In this document: one piece after another, positions 54,014 through 63,159 of the stretch | How the letters are laid out: each line of letters starts with the position of its first letter | Position numbering within the stretch: position 1 is the stretch's first letter | Translations under genes and position numbers: made by a program | NCBI GenBank assembly: GCA_033852435.1 | Contig: JAWOMO010000022.1 | Coordinates: forward strand, 91,448-155,447 | Length of the DNA stretch: 64,000 bases | Direction: 5' to 3' | DNA from: Nitrospira sp. | GTDB taxonomy: Bacteria > Nitrospirota > Nitrospiria > Nitrospirales > Nitrospiraceae | Notes under the pieces: model-generated | The model's database searches: none | What the model was told of the DNA's origin: nothing | What the model saw: the letters and a program-made list of their open reading frames with translations, nothing else

Positions 54014-55422
54014 GACAACATCCGTTCGAGTTCCTTGATCCGTTGCTCCACGCGCACCCGAGCCGTGCCCCCGATCTGCGCCTTACGATCGATCGCCGCC
54101 TGAACTGTCAGACGCGCGAAGACCGCTTTGTCGATACGATCGGAGAACCGGCGCAACTCTTCAAGCGGGATAGAGCTCAATTCCTGCCCGCGATCCAACG
54201 CGGCCCGCACAATTTTCCCCGTAATGGCATGGGCCTCGCGGAAGGACACGCCCCTTCCTACCAGATAGTCGGCCAACTCCGTCGCGAGCATCCCCCCGCC
54301 TTGGAGAGCCTGCTTGAGCACTTCTTTGTTTACTTTGAGCCGACGCATCAGCTCAGTCAAGACCTTAAGGGAAGCCGCCACCGTATCGATCGCGTCAAAC
54401 AGGGCCGGCTTATCTTCTTGCAAGTCCCGATTATAACTGAGCGGCAGGGCCTTCAGCGTGGTTAACAAATTGATCAAATGACCATAGACTCGGCCTGTCT
54501 TGCCGCGGACCAATTCGGGAACATCCGGATTCTTCTTCTGCGGCATCATGCTGCTGCCCGTGCAGAAGCCGTCCGGGAGATCCACAAAACGGAATTCCTG
54601 CGAAGACCAGACGATGAGTTCTTCGCTCAACCGGGATACATGCATCATGGCAATCGAAAGCGCAGCGGCGATTTCAATCATGAAGTCTCGATCGGACACG
54701 GCATCCAGACTATTGGCCGTGACGGCGGGAAAATCTAACAGCCTCGCTGTGTACCGGCGATCCACCGGATAATTGGTGCCGGCTAAGGCGCCGGAGCCTA
54801 ACGGCATGACGTTCAACCGATTCTTTGCATCGCGCAGGCGCCCCTTATCACGCTCGAGCATTTCGACATACGCCAGCAGATGATGCGCGAGCAGCACCGG
54901 CTGGGCCCGCTGCAGATGGGTATAACCGGGCATAGCCAGAGTCCGGTTCGCCTTGGCTTTAGCCACTAAGACCAGCTGAAACTCCTCGAGCTGGGCGAGC
55001 AAGAGATTCAGCTGGTCACGAAGATAGAGCCTGACATCGAGCGCTACCTGATCGTTCCGACTGCGTCCTGTGTGCACCTTACCACCCAGGGGACCGATCA
55101 ACTCCGTTAGGCGGCGCTCGATCGCCATGTGAATGTCCTCGTCCTGACGCAAAAACCGAAATCGTCCGCGATCAAACTCCGTCTTCACCAACTCAAGGCC
55201 TCGCACAATGGCCCTCGTTTCGCCCGGGGTCAAGACGCGCGCCTTCGCGAGTGTCTTGCAATGGGCGATGCTACCCTGAATGTCATGCGCATAGAGCCGT
55301 CGATCGACATCCACCGACACCGTGAACGCTTCGACCAGCCGGTTCGTTTTTTCCCGAAACCGTCCCTCCCAAGCCTTGCCGCTCGCGGACCCAAGCCGGT
55401 TACGCTTCTTCGCTGTCCCCAT
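54010..55422 (-). CDS. argH: Argininosuccinate lyase
   Basis: It has GRSRNDQV, GYTHLQRAQP, the GSSMMPQKKNPD signature and a length of 470 aa. Confidence 0.95.
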   Translation of the reverse strand: MGTAKKRNRLGSASGKAWEGRFREKTNRLVEAFTVSVDVDRRLYAHDIQGSIAHCKTLAKARVLTPGETRAIVRGLELVKTEFDRGRFRFLRQDEDIHMAIERRLTELIGPLGGKVHTGRSRNDQVALDVRLYLRDQLNLLLAQLEEFQLVLVAKAKANRTLAMPGYTHLQRAQPVLLAHHLLAYVEMLERDKGRLRDAKNRLNVMPLGSGALAGTNYPVDRRYTARLLDFPAVTANSLDAVSDRDFMIEIAAALSIAMMHVSRLSEELIVWSSQEFRFVDLPDGFCTGSSMMPQKKNPDVPELVRGKTGRVYGHLINLLTTLKALPLSYNRDLQEDKPALFDAIDTVAASLKVLTELMRRLKVNKEVLKQALQGGGMLATELADYLVGRGVSFREAHAITGKIVRAALDRGQELSSIPLEELRRFSDRIDKAVFARLTVQAAIDRKAQIGGTARVRVEQRIKELERMLS

Positions 55423-56633
55423 CAGGACGATGCCTTCTTCAGTTGTGCTCTGATCTTCAGCCGCAAGGCATTGAGACGGATGAACCCTTCGGCGTCTTTC
55501 TGATTATAGACTTCGTCCTCTTCGAACGTGGCGATGTCGAGCCGATAGAGGGAGTTCTTTGATTTGCGGCCGGCGAGCGTGCAACTGCCCTTGTAGAGTT
55601 TGACTCTGGCGGTACCAGTCACATCCTTCTGTGCCTCATCGATCGCCGTCTGAACCATCTCGCGCTCCGGGCTGAACCAATAGCCGTTGTAAATGAGATC
55701 GGTAAAACGCGGGATCAAACTGTCCCTGAAGTGCAGCACCTCGCGATCCATCGTCAACGACTCCAATCCTCGGTGGGCCACATGGAGAATCGTGCCTCCT
55801 GGCGTTTCATACACCCCGCGGGACTTCATGCCGACGTAGCGGTTCTCGACGAGATCGACACGCCCGATCCCGTGTGCCCCGCCCAACTTATTGAGATGGG
55901 CCAGCAAGGTCGCCGGACTCATCTTCTTGCCGTCAACCGCGACAGGGTTGCCGGCCTCGTAGTCGATTTCGACTTCCAGCGGTTTATTCGGAGCCTTTTC
56001 AGGCGAGACCGTCATTTGAAAAATTTCATCCGGCGGCGCCTCCCAGGGGTCTTCAAGAATGCCCCCTTCGTAGCTCACATGGAATAAGTTGAGATCCATG
56101 CTGTAGGGCTTCGCTTTGGTCGCGGTCACGGGAATACCGTGGCGATCGGCATACTCGATCAGCTCGCGCCGGGACCGCATCGTCCACTCACGCCAAGGCG
56201 CGATAATTTTCAACCCCGGCGCCAGCGCCGTGTAGGTCAACTCAAAGCGGACCTGGTCGTTCCCCTTTCCGGTCGCGCCGTGCGACACCGCCTCGGCACC
56301 TTCTTTGAGCGCGATTTCAGCCTGGCGACGGGCGATCAAGGGTCGTGCGATCGATGTGCCCAGCAAATAGCAGCCTTCGTACATCGCGTTCCCGCGCAAC
56401 ATCGGGAACACATAATCTTTGACGAAGGTTTCCCGCAGATCTTCGACGTAGACTTTCTTGACGCCGAGGGCCTGCGCCTTCGCCTTGATCGCTTTGAGAT
56501 CTTCGCCCTGGCCGAGATCGGCGCAAAAGGCGATGACCTCGGCTTGATAGGTTTCCTGCAACCATTTCAAGATGACGGAGGTGTCGAGTCCTCCGGAATA
56601 GGCCAGCACGATTTTCTTGATCGCACGACTCAT
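55422..56633 (-). CDS. argG: Argininosuccinate synthase
   Basis: It has [13 protein letters not shown] and [13 protein letters not shown] motifs and is 403 aa. Confidence 0.95.
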   Translation of the reverse strand: MSRAIKKIVLAYSGGLDTSVILKWLQETYQAEVIAFCADLGQGEDLKAIKAKAQALGVKKVYVEDLRETFVKDYVFPMLRGNAMYEGCYLLGTSIARPLIARRQAEIALKEGAEAVSHGATGKGNDQVRFELTYTALAPGLKIIAPWREWTMRSRRELIEYADRHGIPVTATKAKPYSMDLNLFHVSYEGGILEDPWEAPPDEIFQMTVSPEKAPNKPLEVEIDYEAGNPVAVDGKKMSPATLLAHLNKLGGAHGIGRVDLVENRYVGMKSRGVYETPGGTILHVAHRGLESLTMDREVLHFRDSLIPRFTDLIYNGYWFSPEREMVQTAIDEAQKDVTGTARVKLYKGSCTLAGRKSKNSLYRLDIATFEEDEVYNQKDAEGFIRLNALRLKIRAQLKKASS

Positions 56634-57601
56634 CGTTTTCCTTCTTTCCCCTTGCCTAAGAGTTTCGTCAAAATTGCTTTCTGCATGTGAAGCCGGTTCT
56701 CGGCTTGGTCGAGAATGACCGACTGCGGACCGTCCAATACCTCCGCCGAAATCTCCTCACCGCGATGCGCGGGCAAGCAATGCATGATGATCGCGTCGGA
56801 TTTCGCGCGGCTGACGAGGCGGCTGTTCACCTGATAGGGCGCCAAGACTTTCAGCCTCCGAGCCTGCTCACGTTCACGGCCCATACTGATCCAGACATCG
56901 GTATAGATCACATCTGCTTCCTTAGCGACGATAGAGGGATCGTGGCTGAGCTCGATCAGCGCTCCAGTTTTCTCCGCTTCGAGCCGAGCCAGGTCGACCA
57001 CATGCTGATCCGGCTGATAGCCGGCCGGGCAGCCCAGTGCGATCGTCATGCCCATTTTCGCTGCCGCTTCAATCAATGAATTGGCCACGTTGTTTCCGTC
57101 ACCGATATAGGCAATCTTGATACCCTTCAAGCGCCCTTTCTTCTCCTTGATCGTGAGCAAATCGGACAGAGCTTGGCAAGGATGACTCAGATCGGTTAGC
57201 CCGTTGATGACGGACATGGTCGCTTCCCTCGCCCATTCCTGGACCGTTGCATGGTCATACGTGCGAATGACGATCCCATCGAGATAGCGCGATAACACAC
57301 GAGCCGTGTCGGGCACGCTCTCGCCGCGCGACAGCTGAATGTCGCCCATCGGCAGGACTAGCGCATGACCCCCTAGCTGGTTCATGCCGGCTTCGAAGGA
57401 GACTCTTGTCCTGGTCGAGGGCTTCTCAAACAGGAGCCCCAAGGTCTTGCCTTGGAGTACGGGATGGGGAACGCCTCGCCGCTGCTTATCCTTCAGGCGA
57501 GTTGCCAGCGTCAGCAGGCTCTCGACCTCAGCTTTGGTGAGAGCCGCGACATCCAGCAGATCCTTGCTCAGCCCAGTGGGTCGCCTCGCCGGTGATTTCA
57601 T
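56630..57601 (-). CDS. argF: Ornithine carbamoyltransferase
   Basis: It has the [24 protein letters not shown] and [10 protein letters not shown] motifs. Confidence 0.9.
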   Translation of the reverse strand: MKSPARRPTGLSKDLLDVAALTKAEVESLLTLATRLKDKQRRGVPHPVLQGKTLGLLFEKPSTRTRVSFEAGMNQLGGHALVLPMGDIQLSRGESVPDTARVLSRYLDGIVIRTYDHATVQEWAREATMSVINGLTDLSHPCQALSDLLTIKEKKGRLKGIKIAYIGDGNNVANSLIEAAAKMGMTIALGCPAGYQPDQHVVDLARLEAEKTGALIELSHDPSIVAKEADVIYTDVWISMGREREQARRLKVLAPYQVNSRLVSRAKSDAIIMHCLPAHRGEEISAEVLDGPQSVILDQAENRLHMQKAILTKLLGKGKEGKR

Positions 57602-57619
57602 GGTATTAGAGCCTATCGA

Positions 57620-58831
57620 TTAGTGCGCGGGCCCTTCAGCCGCCTGCCGATTGAAGATCTGCGACAGCACTTCGATGAGTCGATCGATCTCCGGCTGGGA
57701 AATGATCAAGGGCGGGACAAAGCGGAGCACATGCTCTCCGGTGGCATTGACCAGAATGCCGCGTCTGAGACAGTCGCTGACGACCGTCTTGGCGTCCATC
57801 TCCACTTCAAGGCCTTGCAGGAGGCCGAGCCCCCGCACGTCCCTCACTGCATGATGGCGGTCTTTAAACTCCGAGAGACCCTTTGCCAAATAATCACCCA
57901 TGCGACGGGCTTGGTCGAGCACGCGTCCTTCAAGGAGCACGCGAAACACGGCCAATGCCGCGGCGCAGGCAAGCGGATTGCCGCCGAACGTCGACGCATG
58001 GGAGCCTGGTCCAAACGCTTTAGCGACCTCCTCCTTCGCAAGGCAAGCCCCGATAGGTACGCCGCCGCCAAGGCCCTTGGCCAAGGTCATAATGTTAGGT
58101 TGAACACCCAATTGCTCGTATGCGAAGAGTGTGCCCGTTCGCCCCATTCCGGTCTGCACTTCATCGAAGATCAACAAAATGTCTTTTTGGGTACAGAGCT
58201 CACGCACCGCTTTCAAATATTCACGATCCGCAACGTGCACGCCTCCTTCACCTTGAATCGGCTCCAGCATGATCGCAGCCGTTTTCCCGGTCACCGCCTG
58301 TTCAAGCTCGGCGAGATGATTGAACGGAACGTACAGAAATCCCGGCACCAGAGGGTCATAGCCCTTCTGCACTTTTTCCTGGCCGGTGGCGGTCAATGTC
58401 GCCATCGTGCGGCCGTGGAACGAGTTTTTCATCGTGATGATCTCGAATCGCCCGAGGCCATACTTGTCGTGTGAGTACCGACGCGCGAGCTTAATGGCCG
58501 CTTCGTTGGCCTCCGCGCCGCTGTTGCAGAAGAACACCTTGTCGGCAAACGAGTGATCCACAAGCATTTGCGCGAGCTTCACTTGCGGCTCCGTGTAGTA
58601 GAGGTTCGACGTGTGGATCAGCTGCGCGGCCTGTCGTTGAATGGCTAAGACGAGGTCTGGATGGCCGTGACCGAGAATATTGACGGCAATCCCGCCGACG
58701 AAATCGATATACTCCCGGCCTTCGAGATCGTAGACTTTCGTCCCGCGCCCTCGCACGATCGAGATCGGCTGACGAGCGTAAGTTCCCATCAAATACTGTT
58801 CGGTGGCTTGCTTGAGCTCTTCGGTCGGCAT
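57620..58831 (-). CDS. argD: Acetylornithine aminotransferase
   Basis: It has CNSGAEANEAAIKLAR, DEVQTGMGRTG, and the TLAKGLGGG PLP-Lys region. ATG 58831 with an upstream AAGGGGA is preferred; the track's GTG 58876 is an alternative. Confidence 0.9.
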   Translation of the reverse strand: MPTEELKQATEQYLMGTYARQPISIVRGRGTKVYDLEGREYIDFVGGIAVNILGHGHPDLVLAIQRQAAQLIHTSNLYYTEPQVKLAQMLVDHSFADKVFFCNSGAEANEAAIKLARRYSHDKYGLGRFEIITMKNSFHGRTMATLTATGQEKVQKGYDPLVPGFLYVPFNHLAELEQAVTGKTAAIMLEPIQGEGGVHVADREYLKAVRELCTQKDILLIFDEVQTGMGRTGTLFAYEQLGVQPNIMTLAKGLGGGVPIGACLAKEEVAKAFGPGSHASTFGGNPLACAAALAVFRVLLEGRVLDQARRMGDYLAKGLSEFKDRHHAVRDVRGLGLLQGLEVEMDAKTVVSDCLRRGILVNATGEHVLRFVPPLIISQPEIDRLIEVLSQIFNRQAAEGPAH

Positions 58832-58975
58832 GGCAGACGTATCCCCTTGTAAAGTAAGGGAAGCTAGCACAGGCACTACAGTGAAAGCAACTTGTTACCG
58901 GTCAGCGAATCCCAACGGAAGGTTTCGATTCCTTCTTTACTCGTTCAGCCCCGATGATGTGATAGTCTCTGAACG

Positions 58976-59617
58976 ATGAAATCCTGTACACAGTGTCAGC
59001 AACAAAACCAAGACGATTCGAAATTCTGCTATCAATGCGGGACCAATCTGACGGCACCGCCGGAACAAGCCACGGCTGCTTCAACCGTTTGTCCCACTCA
59101 TAGCGACAGCGATCTCTGGCGAGCTTTCATCGGTCCCAACGCAGACCGCTATCTGGAACAATTCAAGAAATTCGGCCCGGAGCAGACCCCAAAATTCGCC
59201 CTGACATGGAATTGGCCGGCCTTTCTGTTCGTTTCATTCCTCTGGTTTCTCTACCGCAAGATGTATGTTTATGCAGCCGTCTATGCGATCGGCCCGATGG
59301 TTTCCACCTACCTGACGGGCGACATGACGAGCGGTATCGTCTGGAGCATCGTAGCCGGCGCAACAGCCAACTACGTCTACTATTGGCACTGCCGGGAGCA
59401 GATCGGTGCGATCAAACAACAATTGTGGAGTGAACCGGCTAAACAGGATGCCGCGGTCAAAGAAGCCGGCGGAGTCCAACCCTACGTGATCTGGGTGGGC
59501 GTCGCCCTCTATGTGCTTTTTTCAATCACCATGTTCAAGATGATTCAGGACGGTGCGCTGGACGGAGAACGACTGCCGACAAAGCCAGCCAAACCAGGCG
59601 CGACGACTCACACGTAG
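58976..59617 (+). CDS. Zinc-ribbon + DUF2628-like membrane protein
   Basis: It has an N-terminal CTQCQ...FCYQCG ribbon, then NWPAFLF..FLWFLYRKMY, typical of DUF2628 as I recall it. Confidence 0.65.
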   Translation: MKSCTQCQQQNQDDSKFCYQCGTNLTAPPEQATAASTVCPTHSDSDLWRAFIGPNADRYLEQFKKFGPEQTPKFALTWNWPAFLFVSFLWFLYRKMYVYAAVYAIGPMVSTYLTGDMTSGIVWSIVAGATANYVYYWHCREQIGAIKQQLWSEPAKQDAAVKEAGGVQPYVIWVGVALYVLFSITMFKMIQDGALDGERLPTKPAKPGATTHT

Positions 59618-59626
59618 ACAATAGGC

Positions 59627-60451
59627 TTACCGAGCACGCTGCCAGCTGATCCAAGCCTGAAACCAGCCAAAGTCCTGTTCATAGGCCGCGCCGCCTGAAT
59701 CGGGAGCGTCCTGCTTCTGTTCCAACTGGGTATAGGTGCGCGGCCAGTTTTTCTGCCACCAGGATTTGAGTTCGTCGGAGCTGAATGCCTGCCCGTTCTG
59801 ATTGAGGATGCCCGCCGCCGTACATAAGGGCGCAACCAGCGGCCAGTAACGATCTTTCCCTAATCCCAGACTCCGAAAGTGTTCGCGGAGGAGAAAGACA
59901 ACCCAGAGCTCCGCACTATTTTTCTTATTGTGCTTGAACGGCTGCGTTTGCCTGAGCGGAACCGGGTCGAAGGCTTTTACGATCGAGGTGTAGTCCGGCC
60001 CGCCGTAAGTACCGGCGGCTTCTCCAATTTCTTCAACGATGCTGAAGAGTTCGAGTTCCGCGACCGGCGAAGGGCTGATGCCTTTGGTGGAAGGAGTGTC
60101 GGAAAGGGGGGTTGGAGTCGTGAGCAGTTCGATTAACGGCTTGAGTTCGCGCAGCCGGGCTGCAGCAGCTTTGAGAATCTGCTCAGATTCCAGCCAGTAA
60201 TCCGGATCGTTCTTCGTCAGTCGCTCGCGGCCTGGTGGGGGCAGGACAGTCGGCACCCAATAGCGCATGAGCACGAACAGGATGTAATCGACCTGTCCGC
60301 CGACCTGCGCGATCCGATCGAGTTGCCCGTCGCTTCTCACCTTTTTAAAAAAAGATTGGGCTCGGTCGGCCACGTGCAGGCGATCGCCCATCGCAATCCA
60401 CCAGGATTCGAGGGCCGGCCAGTTGATTTCGGATGATGGAGGGATGGTCAT
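59627..60451 (-). CDS. Hypothetical protein (Trp-rich, no recognisable domain)
   Basis: It is a 274-aa ORF with coding character and no motif I can place. Confidence 0.5.
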   Translation of the reverse strand: MTIPPSSEINWPALESWWIAMGDRLHVADRAQSFFKKVRSDGQLDRIAQVGGQVDYILFVLMRYWVPTVLPPPGRERLTKNDPDYWLESEQILKAAAARLRELKPLIELLTTPTPLSDTPSTKGISPSPVAELELFSIVEEIGEAAGTYGGPDYTSIVKAFDPVPLRQTQPFKHNKKNSAELWVVFLLREHFRSLGLGKDRYWPLVAPLCTAAGILNQNGQAFSSDELKSWWQKNWPRTYTQLEQKQDAPDSGGAAYEQDFGWFQAWISWQRAR

Positions 60452-60727
60452 ACAGCGAAGCGATTCGCTCTTGAGATCACCTGCGATCGTTGCAAAACTC
60501 CCAGAAAGTTAAACGCCCACGAAATCCATTGGCCAGGCCACAGGAGGCCTAATAGAACCCGGGAGGATGGTAATAATATCCGCCAGCAAGGCCACAGCAA
60601 GCGAAAGGTCTAGCTGGCTCAATACCCACATTGAAGCCTTGAGAGTTGCGTGAATGCTGCTGGCGGGTTTTGGCAACCTTCTCAAGTTGTGCGGCATGGT
60701 ACTTCCGCATAAGGACGAAAGCAACGC

Positions 60728-60755
60728 TTGACTTGGAGTATCGATCCAGTATTCT
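60728..60755 (+). promoter_or_regulatory. Sigma-70-like promoter for gpmA
   Basis: TTGACT - 16 nt - TATTCT lies ~40 nt upstream of ATG 60799, which has a GGGAGGAAGAAGGA Shine-Dalgarno region. Confidence 0.55.
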
Positions 60756-60798
60756 TGGGCCTGCAACCGCTCCGCTATCCGACTGGGAGGAAGAAGGA

Positions 60799-61404
60799 AT
60801 GGGTCGCTTAATCCTACTGCGTCACGGCGAATCACAATGGAACCTCGAAAATCGTTTTACGGGCTGGGTCGATGTCCCCCTGTCACCACGTGGGATTCAG
60901 GAGGCACGGAACGCGGGCGAGAAGCTCCGGGGCTTCACCTTCAATCGTGCATTCACCTCCGTCCTTATCAGAGCGATCGAAACGCTGCGGCTCGTCTTGG
61001 AAACGATCGGCCAGTCGGGCATTCCCATCGAGAAAGACAAGGCGCTTAACGAACGGATGTACGGAGAGCTGCAGGGCCTCAACAAAGCCGAGACGGCAAA
61101 GAAGTACGGCGACGACCAGGTGAAGATTTGGCGGAGGAGTTACGACGTCCCCCCGCCCGGCGGAGAGAGCCTAAAAGACACGGCGGATCGCGTGCTGCCG
61201 TACTACGAACAGAAAATCAAACCCCACGTCTTGAAGGGCGATACGATTCTGATTGCAGCACACGGGAACAGTCTGCGGGCGCTGGTAATGCAACTCGAAC
61301 AGCTCTCCAAAGAACAGGTCCTCGAACTGAATATTCCGACGGGCGCCCCGCTGCTGTACGAACTCGATACCACCGGCAAGGTCGTGAGCCACCGATATCT
61401 ATAA
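60799..61404 (+). CDS. gpmA: 2,3-bisphosphoglycerate-dependent phosphoglycerate mutase (short form)
   Basis: It has LILLRHGESQWNLENRFTGW (RHGE catalytic His) and AAHGNSLRAL. The start is moved to ATG 60799, because the upstream track extension lacks similarity or coding character. Confidence 0.9.
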   Translation: MGRLILLRHGESQWNLENRFTGWVDVPLSPRGIQEARNAGEKLRGFTFNRAFTSVLIRAIETLRLVLETIGQSGIPIEKDKALNERMYGELQGLNKAETAKKYGDDQVKIWRRSYDVPPPGGESLKDTADRVLPYYEQKIKPHVLKGDTILIAAHGNSLRALVMQLEQLSKEQVLELNIPTGAPLLYELDTTGKVVSHRYL

Positions 61405-61416
61405 GTGGCATAACTC

Positions 61417-61916
61417 TCAACCGATGTCTTGCAATAGCTGCCCGTATGTCTCGACCGGCACTGAGTCGATCAGCAGGGTCAGAACATATCGCCGGTCCTC
61501 TTCGCCGACGACATGCTGTTCTTCCAGCCACATGCCAACTTCGGCGCTGATTGCAAGCGGACTCATCCCCTCATTCACCAAACGTTCGTAGCGTTTCGTT
61601 CGCTCTTTCCATTCCGTCAAAAAGGTCGTCCAGGCTACGGGACCAACGGGATAGGTCGTACCCCATCCCGTTTCTACTGCGTGCAGGACGAGCTCCGATA
61701 CGCCTGCTGGAATTTCTGCGGAATATGGGCTTCGATGGCCGCTAAGCTCCAAAAGAGATTGAGCAAGAGCATTTCGCGGGTGAGGGTTTGCGCCCGTTCG
61801 GCCGTCGCCTCGATTCCGTACTCTTGCAACTGGGATTCCAACAGACCAGTTGGCATCGCGGCGATCACCGCCGATGCCGCTTCTCTCGGTGTCATTCCTT
61901 TTCCTGGCATCCTCAC
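61417..61916 (-). pseudogene. Hypothetical gene split by a single-nt frameshift near 61690-61700
   Basis: The protein-like N-terminal part is in track ORF 61674..61916 (…AIEAHIPQKFQQAYR). The protein-like C-terminal part is in track ORF 61417..62001 from ELVLHAVETGWGTTYPVG onward. The remainder of each ORF is Arg/Gly-rich nonsense. Confidence 0.5.
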
Positions 61917-62136
61917 CTCGTCTCGCTGACCGATTTGCGAGAATACCGCAGCGCGGCCAGGTGCTCAAGCAACTTATCCCTCCCACTCCCCGTGTTGGCA
62001 TCCAGCCATGGTGGACAGGTGGCGCAGCGGAGCACTTCCAACGCGCCCATGCACCGAGCTAGAACGCGATCGAGATTCTGCACTCGCTGTTTCTATGAAG
62101 CATGAAGAGCTGAACTGGAGATCTTGGGCGGTCGGC

Positions 62137-63159
62137 TTACGCAGCTTTCGCCGGCCGCCAGCGGAGACCAACATTCAGGAGTTCTTGGAGCAGATCTTTG
62201 TAGGGACAGTTCGCCTTCTCGGCGGAATCCGCAAAATCTTCACTGTGCGCGATTTGCGGATTGGGATTGGCTTCGAGCACGTACAGCTGTCCCTTTTCAT
62301 CCATCCGCATATCAATGCGTGCATAGCCGCTCAACCCGAGCGCGCGATAGACCCGCTTCGCGAGATGCTGGATCTCCTCGGCCTTCCCTTCGGGAAGATT
62401 CTTTGCTTCTTTCGAGGTAATTCCATACTTATCCTGATACTTCCTACTCCATTTCACCCGCTCGGTCGCGATCCGACGGGCATCCTCCGGCAGCTTGTCC
62501 ATCTTGAGTTCCCAGACCGGGAATACCTGCAGATGCCCATTGCCCAACACGCCAACGTAGAGTTCACGCCCTTCAATGTAACGTTCGATGAGAGCCCCAG
62601 TCCCGACGCTTTGATGGATAAACGCGACACGCTCTTTCAACTTCTCATCATCTTGGACGATCGAGGCCTGCGAAATGCCCAGCGATGCCTCTTCGGTGAC
62701 GGATTTCACAATCAGGGGGAAGGAGAGCCACTTGGGTCGCTTCACGGTCCGCCCCTGCGGCACGACCATGAATTCGGGGAACGGAATCCGGTGAAACGAG
62801 AAGAGTTTCTTTGACAACACCTTGTCACGCGCCAGCATCAAGCCGCGTGGATTGCAGCCGGTATAGGGCATGCGCAGCAGCTCGAGATAGGAGACGACGT
62901 TTTGATCATAGACGGCAACGCCGTCGAACTCTTCGAGCAGGTTGAAGGCAATGTGCGGTTTCCACTCCTCCACCGCCGACCTGATTACGCCAAGATCGCT
63001 TTTCACGCCCAGCGGTTTCACTTCGTGCCCCAGCTTGCGCAAGGTCGTGACCACGTCGTATTCCGTTTTCCATTCAGCCCGTAACGGATCATGACTGTTG
63101 AGCGGTTCCGGCGGAACCAAATCCTTGTGCATCAGGACGAGAATGCGCAATCGCCTCAT
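62137..63159 (-). CDS. ATP-grasp ligase, D-alanine--D-alanine ligase-like
   Basis: Its ATP-grasp elements are LIVKSVTEEASLGIS, IERYIEGRELYVGVLG and ARIDMRMDEKGQLYVLEANPNP. ATG 63159 forms an ATGA overlap with the upstream gene. Confidence 0.8.
   Translation of the reverse strand: MRRLRILVLMHKDLVPPEPLNSHDPLRAEWKTEYDVVTTLRKLGHEVKPLGVKSDLGVIRSAVEEWKPHIAFNLLEEFDGVAVYDQNVVSYLELLRMPYTGCNPRGLMLARDKVLSKKLFSFHRIPFPEFMVVPQGRTVKRPKWLSFPLIVKSVTEEASLGISQASIVQDDEKLKERVAFIHQSVGTGALIERYIEGRELYVGVLGNGHLQVFPVWELKMDKLPEDARRIATERVKWSRKYQDKYGITSKEAKNLPEGKAEEIQHLAKRVYRALGLSGYARIDMRMDEKGQLYVLEANPNPQIAHSEDFADSAEKANCPYKDLLQELLNVGLRWRPAKAA

Noticed and set aside
61917-62001. The N-terminal part of track ORF 61417..62001 (MPTRGVGGISCLSTWPRCG...RRGEDARKRNDTERSG...)
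   Set aside because: It is Arg/Gly-rich nonsense overlapping the better-looking frame 61674..61916. It is explained by the frameshift model.
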